The notes under the pieces are model-generated. The model did not search any database and was not told where the DNA came from. It worked only from the letters and a program-made list of their open reading frames with translations. Below, in pieces: positions 46,289 through 54,840 of a DNA stretch of 64,000 nucleotides. The position numbers and the translations under genes were made by a program. This stretch comes from a virus. How positions within the stretch are numbered: the stretch's first letter is position 1; each line of letters begins with the position of its first letter. The DNA lies in IMG/VR virus record IMGVR_UViG_3300045988_151198; one strand, written 5' to 3'.

Positions 46289-46640
46289 TATGCTTGATTA
46301 TACTTCAAATCCTGCCGTATTAAATAAAAGAGCGACATTGCTTAAAGAAGTTCGATCAAGAGACGTTACTGGTTCACCGACAAGTTTATATCATCCTGTA
46401 GCTGACATCTATGTTGGCATTGAATATATGTCTGGGAGAGAATATTGGATTGCTTCTCAGTCTCAAGGAGAAGGGACGATACGACTTTCCATGAGATTTC
46501 GTTCGGACGTTTCAGACAGAAGTAGATTCATATTACATTCGGATCATGAAGGCGATATTGTTTTGGAAGTAAAGTCACCTCCTATAAATAAAGAGAATAC
46601 TTATCTTGAAGTTATGTGTAGGAGACTTTCCGATGCTTAA
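46281..46640 (+). CDS. head closure / head-tail adaptor protein
   Basis: 119 aa; position and size (SPP1 gp16-like). Confidence 0.45.
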   Translation: MFDMLDYTSNPAVLNKRATLLKEVRSRDVTGSPTSLYHPVADIYVGIEYMSGREYWIASQSQGEGTIRLSMRFRSDVSDRSRFILHSDHEGDIVLEVKSPPINKENTYLEVMCRRLSDA

Positions 46641-47043
46641 TACGCCATTAAAGCTTGTCCAAAGAGCGGAAACAAAACTTTTTCAACTTTTCATAAAGTC
46701 TCAAGAAGTAAAAAAATTTTTTGGTGAAAATATTTTCCAAGGAATCGTCGAAGCGAACACTGTAGCTAATACTAAACGCTTCGTTCTAATTCATCGAATT
46801 TCCGGAGATCCCTTGGACAAAACACTTTCTGATAGGGGAGACTTATTGCGGTCAGTCCGTGTACAAGTTGATGTAATGAGCACCAACTATGCAGACGCCA
46901 CAGAGGGTTCCGAAATTATCAGAAGTTTATCGGAAACGGAGTTTCCATCTTGCGTAGATGGAGATCATTATGGAACAACGCAGATTGGGCAAAATATTTG
47001 GCATATTCAATCTGTAGATTTTATCCTTGAAGAAGGAGCTTAA
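46633..47043 (+). CDS. tail-component / neck protein (hypothetical)
   Basis: About 136 aa; ATG at 46633; position between the adaptor and major tail genes. Confidence 0.4.
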   Translation: MLNTPLKLVQRAETKLFQLFIKSQEVKKFFGENIFQGIVEANTVANTKRFVLIHRISGDPLDKTLSDRGDLLRSVRVQVDVMSTNYADATEGSEIIRSLSETEFPSCVDGDHYGTTQIGQNIWHIQSVDFILEEGA

Positions 47044-47045
47044 CA

Positions 47046-47849
47046 ATGGCTGTATCTTATCAAGCCAGAACGAGTAAAGGACTGAAATTCTTCCGTGGTA
47101 CGGGGTCTTCTTTCGCTACGGCAGTATGGGAACACGTTCCGGGAATTTCGGCTTGGAATGGACCTAACATTTCCAAACCTACAATTACCGTTACGACTAC
47201 TCAATCGGAAGCCGTAGAAAAAATCTCGGATATTCCTGATAACGGCACTATTACTTTTAACGGTTATGTTGATGACCTTTGTGAAACGCATCAGAATTTG
47301 CTGACGCAAGATTTGTACTCTCGTGATTACCGTCCGTGTAAGGTAGAATTCCCCACGGGTACGGTTATGTACTTCATGGGCCAGCTTACCGGGATGCCGC
47401 TTTCTGGTGGTGTCGGTGCTGCGAATACGACTACGTACACTTTCGATGTTTCCAGCAAGATTGAATGGGTTTTTGGTGGTAAACGCGCAACCTTGAGTTG
47501 GGATAGCACACTCGCTGGCACTGAATCGTCTGGCGCTGTGACTGGTAAAGTTACTGTAACGCTTATTCCGGGTAAGGAATCTACTGCTAAATTTACTACG
47601 AGCGTTGAAAACGCCGCAAACTTTACCGCAAATACGCATTATAAATTGGCTAATGTTCCGGCGGGACTTGTTGGTGCTCTTAAGAAAGTTAGTGATACGG
47701 TTGCTGAATTGTCTTTCACTGGAGCCGCTACTAATAAGGCAGATGTTTTTAATATCGCCTTGACTTTTATGGATAGCGCTTTTGCTAATGCTGATGCGAA
47801 TCTCATTTCCGGCAGTACGAAGACCGATATTGCTATCACTTTCGTTTAA
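47046..47849 (+). CDS. major tail protein
   Basis: 267 aa, T/G/V-rich beta protein immediately upstream of the G/GT chaperone pair. Confidence 0.6.
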   Translation: MAVSYQARTSKGLKFFRGTGSSFATAVWEHVPGISAWNGPNISKPTITVTTTQSEAVEKISDIPDNGTITFNGYVDDLCETHQNLLTQDLYSRDYRPCKVEFPTGTVMYFMGQLTGMPLSGGVGAANTTTYTFDVSSKIEWVFGGKRATLSWDSTLAGTESSGAVTGKVTVTLIPGKESTAKFTTSVENAANFTANTHYKLANVPAGLVGALKKVSDTVAELSFTGAATNKADVFNIALTFMDSAFANADANLISGSTKTDIAITFV

Positions 47850-47870
47850 TCTATAACAACCAAATAGAAA

Positions 47871-47894
47871 GAGAGGGAGAATCGTCTCCCTCTC
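47871..47894. other. 10-bp stem-loop GAGAGGGAGA-ATCG-TCTCCCTCTC between the major tail and chaperone genes (possible attenuator; no clean U-run)
   Basis: Direct reading. Confidence 0.3.
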
Positions 47895-47921
47895 GAAAAA
47901 AAAATTCAGGAGAGGAATCAT

Positions 47922-48293
47922 ATGGCTATTCTTACTATTGAAAAATTTGCGGAGCTGCGTAATAGTCTTACTGTTGTGAAAGACAAGTTTTATATCCCCG
48001 TATGGGACGCGGAAGTTTACATGCGTAGACTGAGCGCCGGGGAAGCAATGAAAATTTATAGCCGCGCCGAGAAAGTTCAAGACGAGGATAAAAAGGTCGA
48101 AGAGTATAACTTTGCGATGTACCGCATGGTTATTGCTTGCCTTGTCGATGAGAACGGCAACCAGATGCTTACTGAAAATGACATCAATTGGCTTTTGAGT
48201 CAGGATGTTCAGGTTGTTACTGCCTTGGTTGAAGCCGCATCAAAGATGAATACTATCAATGAAAAGGCTCAGGAAGAGGCAGAAAAAAACTAA
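47922..48293 (+). CDS. tail assembly chaperone (gpG-like)
   Basis: 123 aa, acidic; followed by an overlapping -1 frame ORF. Confidence 0.6.
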   Translation: MAILTIEKFAELRNSLTVVKDKFYIPVWDAEVYMRRLSAGEAMKIYSRAEKVQDEDKKVEEYNFAMYRMVIACLVDENGNQMLTENDINWLLSQDVQVVTALVEAASKMNTINEKAQEEAEKN

Positions 48294-48532
48294 CTACTGG
48301 CTGGCTTTGGATGTTTGCGTATTCTCTTGCGCGTGATCTTCATATGACGGTAAACCAGCTTTTAGAAAACATGGACGTAGAAGAGTTCATGGGATGGGTT
48401 GCCTACCATAAGATTAAAAACGAAGAACAAGAGAATGAAGAAGGGGGCCAATCTCCTAGAAAAAGAGAGATGACCCCCGAAGAACAAGAAAAGGCGATGT
48501 TCGCTCTTTATGGCGGAAAAGTTATTGAATAA
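47922..48532 (+). CDS. tail assembly chaperone G-T fusion, produced by a -1 programmed frameshift
   Basis: ORF 48311..48532 is in the -1 frame relative to G and is open from the slip site. Confidence 0.55.
48284..48290 (+). promoter_or_regulatory. -1 programmed ribosomal frameshift slippery heptamer A_AAA_AAC
   Basis: Zero-frame codons GAA AAA AAC TAA; the -1 frame stays open through 48532. Confidence 0.6.
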
Positions 48533-48541
48533 AAAAGTCGC

Positions 48542-48808
48542 CTACTTCTTCGCAGCGTTTTCTTTATCCAGCCGTTTGCGCGCCTCCCATTCTTTACGCA
48601 TCGAAACAATCTGATTGATGCCCGGAATAATTGCACTCTTGAGTAGCACATGGCAACTCAATGCCATATACAAACCGATTATGCCCAACTTTGTACCATA
48701 AGGTTTTCCATTCACGTCCGCAAGAATACCAAAGGCAAAAATCAAGGCACCGATGATTTCAACAGAAACAAAGACTCTAAGCAAAACGTAAAATTTTTTC
48801 ATTTTCAA
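48542..48808 (-). CDS. small two-TM membrane protein encoded antisense within the tail module (moron)
   Basis: 88 aa; strong RBS AAGGGAGATTGAAA-ATG on the minus strand; hydrophobic helices; opposite in orientation to all flanking structural genes. Confidence 0.5.
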   Translation of the reverse strand: MKMKKFYVLLRVFVSVEIIGALIFAFGILADVNGKPYGTKLGIIGLYMALSCHVLLKSAIIPGINQIVSMRKEWEARKRLDKENAAKK

Positions 48809-48845
48809 TCTCCCTTAAAAAGCCCGTAATGGATTGGAGGTGTAC

Positions 48846-49421
48846 ATGGCTTTTAATGTACAACAACTCCCGCTCAAACTTCTCTCTGAAATTTCATTTC
48901 AAATAGAGACGGAGGGTGCGAAAGTCCTTACGGGCTTTTCTAATGCGCTCCGTCTTGAGATGATAAAAAATGCTAAAAGTATCCCCCTTTCCAAGAACCC
49001 TTGGTACGTAACGCCCAATGAAAATTTTAGAGAAACGCCATTTGTCCGTCCATCAAAAAGAATACCTAAAAAAGCTAAACTTGTTGACGCTGGAGCTTGG
49101 TATGCACATTTTCTTGAATACGGTACGGAGCCCCATGTTGTCAAGGGAAAAAGAAGTCCTAAAAAATGGATGCGATATGAAGACAAACTTGGCGTACCTC
49201 CCGGTATAGTATTCAGAGATCCAGCTACGAAAGAAATTATCAGATTTACGGAAAGAAGTAAAGTAGACGGAAAAGTCTACGTTTTTTCAAAAAAAGAAGA
49301 GCATGGCATTCCCGGTAAATCCACACCAAACCCTTTTCAACCTGCGGGATATGTGCGTAAAACTGCGGATTCAGCCGAAAAAGTGCTTGAAAAATATTTG
49401 TCCACGGAAGAGGGATCTTAA
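48846..49421 (+). CDS. HK97 gp10-family protein (tail or neck component)
   Basis: HFLEYGTEPH resembles the HEFGT signature of the HK97 gp10 family. Confidence 0.45.
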   Translation: MAFNVQQLPLKLLSEISFQIETEGAKVLTGFSNALRLEMIKNAKSIPLSKNPWYVTPNENFRETPFVRPSKRIPKKAKLVDAGAWYAHFLEYGTEPHVVKGKRSPKKWMRYEDKLGVPPGIVFRDPATKEIIRFTERSKVDGKVYVFSKKEEHGIPGKSTPNPFQPAGYVRKTADSAEKVLEKYLSTEEGS

Positions 49422-52400
49422 TGGCGACTAAAAGACTCACACGGCTAGTTATTCCGGTGGAGCTTGACGATAGTAAAACAGCAAGCACTCTCACCAATCT
49501 TAAAGAAGTAATCACTCAAACAAGCCAGCAAATTTCTCGGAGCATGGAGAAAGCCCTGCCCGTTGCTGATATTACTAATGCTTCTATAAATATTATCAGG
49601 TCAATCGGAAGTATTCAAGCGTCCGCCAAAACCGCCGCCGCAGGAATTAAAAGTGAGACTGATAAAATTGGGAACGCTCTGCAAGGTGCTTTCGGCGTAG
49701 ATGCGACGAAAGCGTCTTCTATGATGCAAAAATTCCTTGAGATGCGCGGTGTTGAAAGGGCGGTAACTCAGTTAAAACGGATGCAGCGTGAGTATGGGCT
49801 TACATCCGCCGAAGCTATTGAGTTTGCGAAAAGCATCAATGCGTCTGACGAGGTTCTTCGTCGATTTGCTGACACTCAGGAACGCACAAAACAGGGTGGT
49901 AGAGGCGTTTCCGGGCTTCTTACGCCGTATTCCCTTACTTCTGGTGTTCAAGCCGCAGCGGGCGCTGTAGGCGTTTCTTTCGGTATGTACGGAATGGTCG
50001 AGCTTACCAAGTCCGTATTTAACGCTACCACCGCTCTTGATAGCTTACAGCTTTCTTTCAAGTCGATTTACGGAGAGTCCGCAGTAGCCGAGCAATCCCT
50101 CGGGTTTGTGCGTAAAGTAAGTGATGAACTCGGCCTGTCTTTTATCGATACTGCGCAAGCTGCGAAAGCCTTATTCGCTTCCGCGAAAGGTACTGTCTTA
50201 GAAAACGACGCTCAGATGATTTTTAAAAGCTTCTCCCAGATGGGCGTTGCGCTTAAACTCACTGGCGAACAGATGAACTCTGTGTTCCTCGCTATCTCTC
50301 AGATGATTTCTAAGGGTAAGGTCAGCGCGGAAGAACTTAGGTTGCAGCTTTCTGAAAGAATGCCCGGTGCAGTGAATCTTTTTGCGAAAGCTATTGGAGT
50401 GACCACAAAACAACTTGACGATATGCTCCAAAAAGGCGAAGTGGGACTTGAACATCTTCGTACCTTTGCGGAAGAAGTCGGAAAGACGTATGCTAAGGGA
50501 GCGGAAGAAGCTTCTCACGGTCTGCAAGCCGAGCTTAATAGATTGGCTACCGCATGGTTTGACCTTAAATCCGCAATGATGGATTCTGAGGGTGCAGCAG
50601 CTTTTATTCGCGTACTTACGGAAATTACGAAATTCATTGGACAGAACATTGATTCAATAATGAATTTCGTGAAGTGGATTGGGATTGTATATACAACGCT
50701 TAAAGTTACTACGGCTTTCGGTGTTGCGGTAGATGCGCTCAAGAATCTCAGGACTGCTTTCACTTTAACTGGAGTAGCCGCAGCGGAAACTTCCGGCATA
50801 ATGAAAGCCGCACAAGCTGTAATCGCTAAATTCGCACTTGCTTTTAACGCCAATCCTATCGCGCTTACCGTCACTGCTCTAGTCGCGGTAGGTACTGCGG
50901 CATACGCTCTTAGCAACCAGATGTCCGATTCTGAAAAATTCATTTCCGGATATGCCAAGAGCTTCGACGAAATTGCCAGTAAGTCCGAAAAAGCTGCGGC
51001 AAGTCAGAACAATCTTTCGAACTCCAATAAACGTCTTCAAGAACAATATCTTAGCGGTGAATACGTAAAGCGTCAGATGGACTTTATTCAAGCCCTTCAA
51101 GAGCTTCCTAACGTATTCTCTTCTACTAAAGTGGTGAGTTTCTTCGACTCTATTCTCGGACCGCTTTCCGATACGGATTCAGAAGCTCTCTTTACCTTGA
51201 GAAGTCAAGCCGTTAAGCTTGCTAAAGAGACTCGTGATGCTATTGATAAAGCATTAAACGAAGAAACCGATCCGAAAGCCCGAGATGAAATGATTAAGAA
51301 TACTCTTGATCGTTTCAAGATCATGTTCCGTACCATCAAGGACGGCATGAAAGAAGCTGGTGCATCCGAAGAGGTCATTAAGCAATGGGATAATTTCGGT
51401 GGTGCCATTCTCAATGCAAAAGATACCGCAGATGCAGCTAAAGCGGCGTTGGAAGCACTCACCGGAGAAGCGAACAAAAGCGGGAATAGCATAACTAAAT
51501 TCGCGGAAGCCTACGAAGCTATTCGCAAGGGGACAAAGACTACAGAATTTGGTAAGCAACTTGCTGGACAGGAGGATTTCGAAACTCAGATTCGTGGCCT
51601 TCTCCAAATGTCCGAAGCTCAAGAGCAGTTGGAAAACAAGACTCGGAATCTCCTTGCAGCATATACTGAACAGCAGAACGCCAATACTTTGACCGAAGAA
51701 AAGATGAGAGAGCTTGAATCAGCTTTTGATTCTATGTCTAGTCAATCTGGTCAACTTGATAATGCTTTCCGGCTTGTAGCTGAGGCGGCAGTATCCTCTG
51801 GAGCGGACGCTTCTACTCTCGATTCAATCATTGAAAAACTTGGGGAGACTTTCCATCTTTCATCTCAAGATATTGACGAGTTTAGAACAAAACTAAATTC
51901 TGCGTTGTCTGTTGCGGCACTCCAATCTGCGGAACAAAAACTCGCTGCTATTGAAGGTAAATTAGCAACAGTAGGGAGTAAGACCTCTCGTGCTGCTTTG
52001 ACTACCCTTTCATCAATGAAAGAACTTCAAAAAGGGCAGGAGAAACAGATATTAGAAGCTATAGAATCCGGTGATTTTACGAATCTCCTTAATGCACAAG
52101 GAAATAAAATAGCCGCAGATGTAGCTAAAGTCTATAAAGAAATCGCTGAAAAATCCGAAGCTCTTGTTGCCGCAGAAGATGCTAATCGCAAAGCAAAAAG
52201 AGACGCAAATAAAAAGCCAAAGAAAATCCCTGAATTTGATATTGAAGGATTTGATGTTCGCGTACAGAAGTTGTTTGGAACCGAAACGAACTTCGCAAAA
52301 ATTGTTGAAGCCGAAATTGAAAAATTAAACGCTTCACTGGCTACACATAAACTTGATATTAAAAAAGTCGCGGAAATCTACAAAGATGAGCTTCCTGATG

Positions 52401-53521
52401 GATTACATTCCGTTGCTGAGGCGCAAGAGTTCCTGAGCAACAAGCTCAAAGAAGGATTGTTCGCCAAGCAAGCGGAAAAAGAAAAAAAAGCTGTCGATGA
52501 TCTTCGTGAAAAGTTGATGGACTTTGAAAGGGCTTATTCCGAAATCGTTTCTGGCGATAAGGGTGAGGCCGCACTTAAATCCTATGAAAAGCAATCTAAG
52601 CAATGGAAAGACACCGCTGAGAAGCTCTATAGGTCTATATCCAATTCCGCGTTCTCTTCCACAGAAGAAAGAATCGCCGCTGAACAAGAATATGCCGATA
52701 CCGTTGCCCGTATTGATGAATGGATGGCGGAACAGAGAATCCGTACGTCTGGTGGTGTTTTAGATAATCTGAAACTTGGTATCAAAGACTACTATGATCA
52801 GCACAAGAACTATGCTCTTGGATTGGGAGAAGTAGTAACCTCTACTACGGATAGCATGGCTGCCGCCTTATCTGATTTTGTGGTAGGAGGTATGCGAGAC
52901 TTTAAGTCCTTCGGAGAGGCATTTGATAGCTTGGTCAATGACATGATCAGAAGCCTGTCAAAATTGCTTGCGCAACAGCTTATGTCCGGCATTCTCCAAT
53001 CTGCGCTTGGCCTCTTCACCGGAGGTATTGGCGGTGGAGGCGGTGCCGATAATGCGGTTTCATTCTCGTCTTGGTTCGGCGGTATTAATAGAAAAGCCAA
53101 TGGTGGCGTGATGACTGGAATTTCTGGTCATAGCAATTCGATAGTAACTTCACCGACTCTTTTCTCTTACGGAAAAGAAATCAGCCAGTATGCCAATGGT
53201 GCTGGATTGATGGGAGAAGCTGGACCCGAAGCTATTATGCCTTTGACGAGAACAAGCTCAGGTAAACTCGGCGTCATTTCTAAACGAGAAAATGAGTCGA
53301 GCCGACCCACATCTTCTTCATCTTCCGAGGTGTTTGTAAATGTTTATAATTCTACTGGTCAAAAGGCACAAACCAAACAAACTCAGAATGCAAATGGGTC
53401 AAAAAGCATAGATGTTATAATTGGTGATGTCGCCGCACAGCAGATGCTTACTCCCGGCACCAAAGCCAATTATGCTATCAGAACTCAAACCGGGGCTACT
53501 CCCCCGACGATTAAGCGGTGA
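49421..53521 (+). CDS. tape measure protein
   Basis: 1366 aa, alpha-helical and Ala/Gln-rich, between the chaperones and the distal tail genes. Confidence 0.85.
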   Translation: MATKRLTRLVIPVELDDSKTASTLTNLKEVITQTSQQISRSMEKALPVADITNASINIIRSIGSIQASAKTAAAGIKSETDKIGNALQGAFGVDATKASSMMQKFLEMRGVERAVTQLKRMQREYGLTSAEAIEFAKSINASDEVLRRFADTQERTKQGGRGVSGLLTPYSLTSGVQAAAGAVGVSFGMYGMVELTKSVFNATTALDSLQLSFKSIYGESAVAEQSLGFVRKVSDELGLSFIDTAQAAKALFASAKGTVLENDAQMIFKSFSQMGVALKLTGEQMNSVFLAISQMISKGKVSAEELRLQLSERMPGAVNLFAKAIGVTTKQLDDMLQKGEVGLEHLRTFAEEVGKTYAKGAEEASHGLQAELNRLATAWFDLKSAMMDSEGAAAFIRVLTEITKFIGQNIDSIMNFVKWIGIVYTTLKVTTAFGVAVDALKNLRTAFTLTGVAAAETSGIMKAAQAVIAKFALAFNANPIALTVTALVAVGTAAYALSNQMSDSEKFISGYAKSFDEIASKSEKAAASQNNLSNSNKRLQEQYLSGEYVKRQMDFIQALQELPNVFSSTKVVSFFDSILGPLSDTDSEALFTLRSQAVKLAKETRDAIDKALNEETDPKARDEMIKNTLDRFKIMFRTIKDGMKEAGASEEVIKQWDNFGGAILNAKDTADAAKAALEALTGEANKSGNSITKFAEAYEAIRKGTKTTEFGKQLAGQEDFETQIRGLLQMSEAQEQLENKTRNLLAAYTEQQNANTLTEEKMRELESAFDSMSSQSGQLDNAFRLVAEAAVSSGADASTLDSIIEKLGETFHLSSQDIDEFRTKLNSALSVAALQSAEQKLAAIEGKLATVGSKTSRAALTTLSSMKELQKGQEKQILEAIESGDFTNLLNAQGNKIAADVAKVYKEIAEKSEALVAAEDANRKAKRDANKKPKKIPEFDIEGFDVRVQKLFGTETNFAKIVEAEIEKLNASLATHKLDIKKVAEIYKDELPDGLHSVAEAQEFLSNKLKEGLFAKQAEKEKKAVDDLREKLMDFERAYSEIVSGDKGEAALKSYEKQSKQWKDTAEKLYRSISNSAFSSTEERIAAEQEYADTVARIDEWMAEQRIRTSGGVLDNLKLGIKDYYDQHKNYALGLGEVVTSTTDSMAAALSDFVVGGMRDFKSFGEAFDSLVNDMIRSLSKLLAQQLMSGILQSALGLFTGGIGGGGGADNAVSFSSWFGGINRKANGGVMTGISGHSNSIVTSPTLFSYGKEISQYANGAGLMGEAGPEAIMPLTRTSSGKLGVISKRENESSRPTSSSSSEVFVNVYNSTGQKAQTKQTQNANGSKSIDVIIGDVAAQQMLTPGTKANYAIRTQTGATPPTIKR

Positions 53522-53525
53522 TTAT

Positions 53526-53912
53526 ATGAGTATTACTTGGCCCGCAGATCTTCCTCAAGTACCCTTCGCAGACGGAGGGTACTCCGAATCAATGCCGTCC
53601 AACCTTCTTGTGTCTACTATGGATACAGGTCCGAGTAAAGTTAGACGGAGGGGAAGCGCGACTCCCGGAAAAATGAATGTATCTTTTAAAATGACTACGG
53701 CAGCTACTAAAAAATTAGAAACCTTTATCCGAACAATTCTTGGCGGTGGGGCAAAAGCCTTTGAATTTCCTCATCCTAGACTTGACAAAAATGTAAAAGT
53801 ACGTATAATGCCGAAGTCGGACACGGAATTGTATGAAATAAATTTCATCGCTCCCGGCCTATGGAAAGTAGATTTTACCTTTGAGGTTTTTTACGATGCC
53901 CCTCTCGCCTAG
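53526..53912 (+). CDS. minor tail protein (lambda gpM-like)
   Basis: About 128 aa immediately after the tape measure; order M-L-K-I/J as in lambda. Confidence 0.5.
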   Translation: MSITWPADLPQVPFADGGYSESMPSNLLVSTMDTGPSKVRRRGSATPGKMNVSFKMTTAATKKLETFIRTILGGGAKAFEFPHPRLDKNVKVRIMPKSDTELYEINFIAPGLWKVDFTFEVFYDAPLA

Positions 53913-54417
53913 TACGGTGGCGTCGATGATGGCGCAGGAAACGGATAACGCCGACATAGTTCTTTTGACAATTACGCATCCAAGCTGGACGGAACCTATT
54001 TATCTATCGTCCGACCCTACGGTTTTTCTCAGGAATGATACGGAAACTAATCTTCCTATCTACGGAACGATATCCCGTGGCAAAGAATTTCTTTATATTC
54101 CCATGAGAGCTATTGCCCCGGACTCTAGGCAAGAGACGCCTCCTGAATGCAAAATTTCAATCGACAATGTTTCGCGGTATATAGCACCGTATCTTGTTAA
54201 AACAGATCGACGCACTCCTAAAGTAACTTTTGAAATAGTTACCACCGCTTTTCCGGATATTGTTGATACTGTGTATCCGGAATTTGATTTATCTTCCGTA
54301 ACAATCAACGCCCAAACTGTAGATGCCAGCATTTCCTTGAATACGGCTTCGCAAGAGCCTGTGCCGTGGCTTAGATTTGTTCAAGCATATTTTTACAGTC
54401 TTTTTTATAGTGGATAA
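53881..54417 (+). CDS. minor tail protein (lambda gpL-like / distal tail protein)
   Basis: Position and size. Confidence 0.45.
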   Translation: MRFFTMPLSPSTVASMMAQETDNADIVLLTITHPSWTEPIYLSSDPTVFLRNDTETNLPIYGTISRGKEFLYIPMRAIAPDSRQETPPECKISIDNVSRYIAPYLVKTDRRTPKVTFEIVTTAFPDIVDTVYPEFDLSSVTINAQTVDASISLNTASQEPVPWLRFVQAYFYSLFYSG

Positions 54418-54420
54418 AAC

Positions 54421-54840
54421 ATGAAAATGAGAGACAAGTTTTCAAAATACATAGGAATCCCTTTTGTGGATCACGGAGTATCGAAAGAAGGTTGCGACTG
54501 TTATGGCCTTGTGCTTCTCGTGTATAAAGAGGAGCTTGGCATTGATCTTCCGTGGCTCGGGGATTCCTATTCTCATGCGTATCGTAGAAAAGACGTAAAC
54601 TCCACGGTAAAAAAGAACATTGATCTTGGTTGCTATATAGACGTTACGAATGAGCCTCGCAAACCTCTTGATATTATTATTTTTAGGACTGGAGGTCTTG
54701 AAACACATATCGGACTTTGGGTTGAGGATGGATGGCTTTTGGACATACTTGAAGGGGCGCATAGTACGATTCGTAGGTACGATACGTCTGAATGGAAAAA
54801 CAGAATTACGAGAATTTTGAGGCACGTAGATGCGCGGTAA
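54421..54840 (+). CDS. NlpC/P60-family peptidase tail protein (lambda gpK-like)
   Basis: Catalytic Cys context GCDCYGLVLLVY and His HIGLWV. Confidence 0.65.
   Translation: MKMRDKFSKYIGIPFVDHGVSKEGCDCYGLVLLVYKEELGIDLPWLGDSYSHAYRRKDVNSTVKKNIDLGCYIDVTNEPRKPLDIIIFRTGGLETHIGLWVEDGWLLDILEGAHSTIRRYDTSEWKNRITRILRHVDAR

Noticed and set aside
47040-48080. 346-aa minus-strand ORF
   Set aside because: It is antisense to the major tail protein and chaperone genes. It gives an Arg/Ser-rich low-complexity translation and has no RBS. Spurious.
50198-51622. Several 95 to 147-aa minus-strand ORFs inside the tape measure gene
   Set aside because: They are antisense to a 1366-aa gene with coherent alpha-helical composition. 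They come from Ala-rich codon bias. Spurious.
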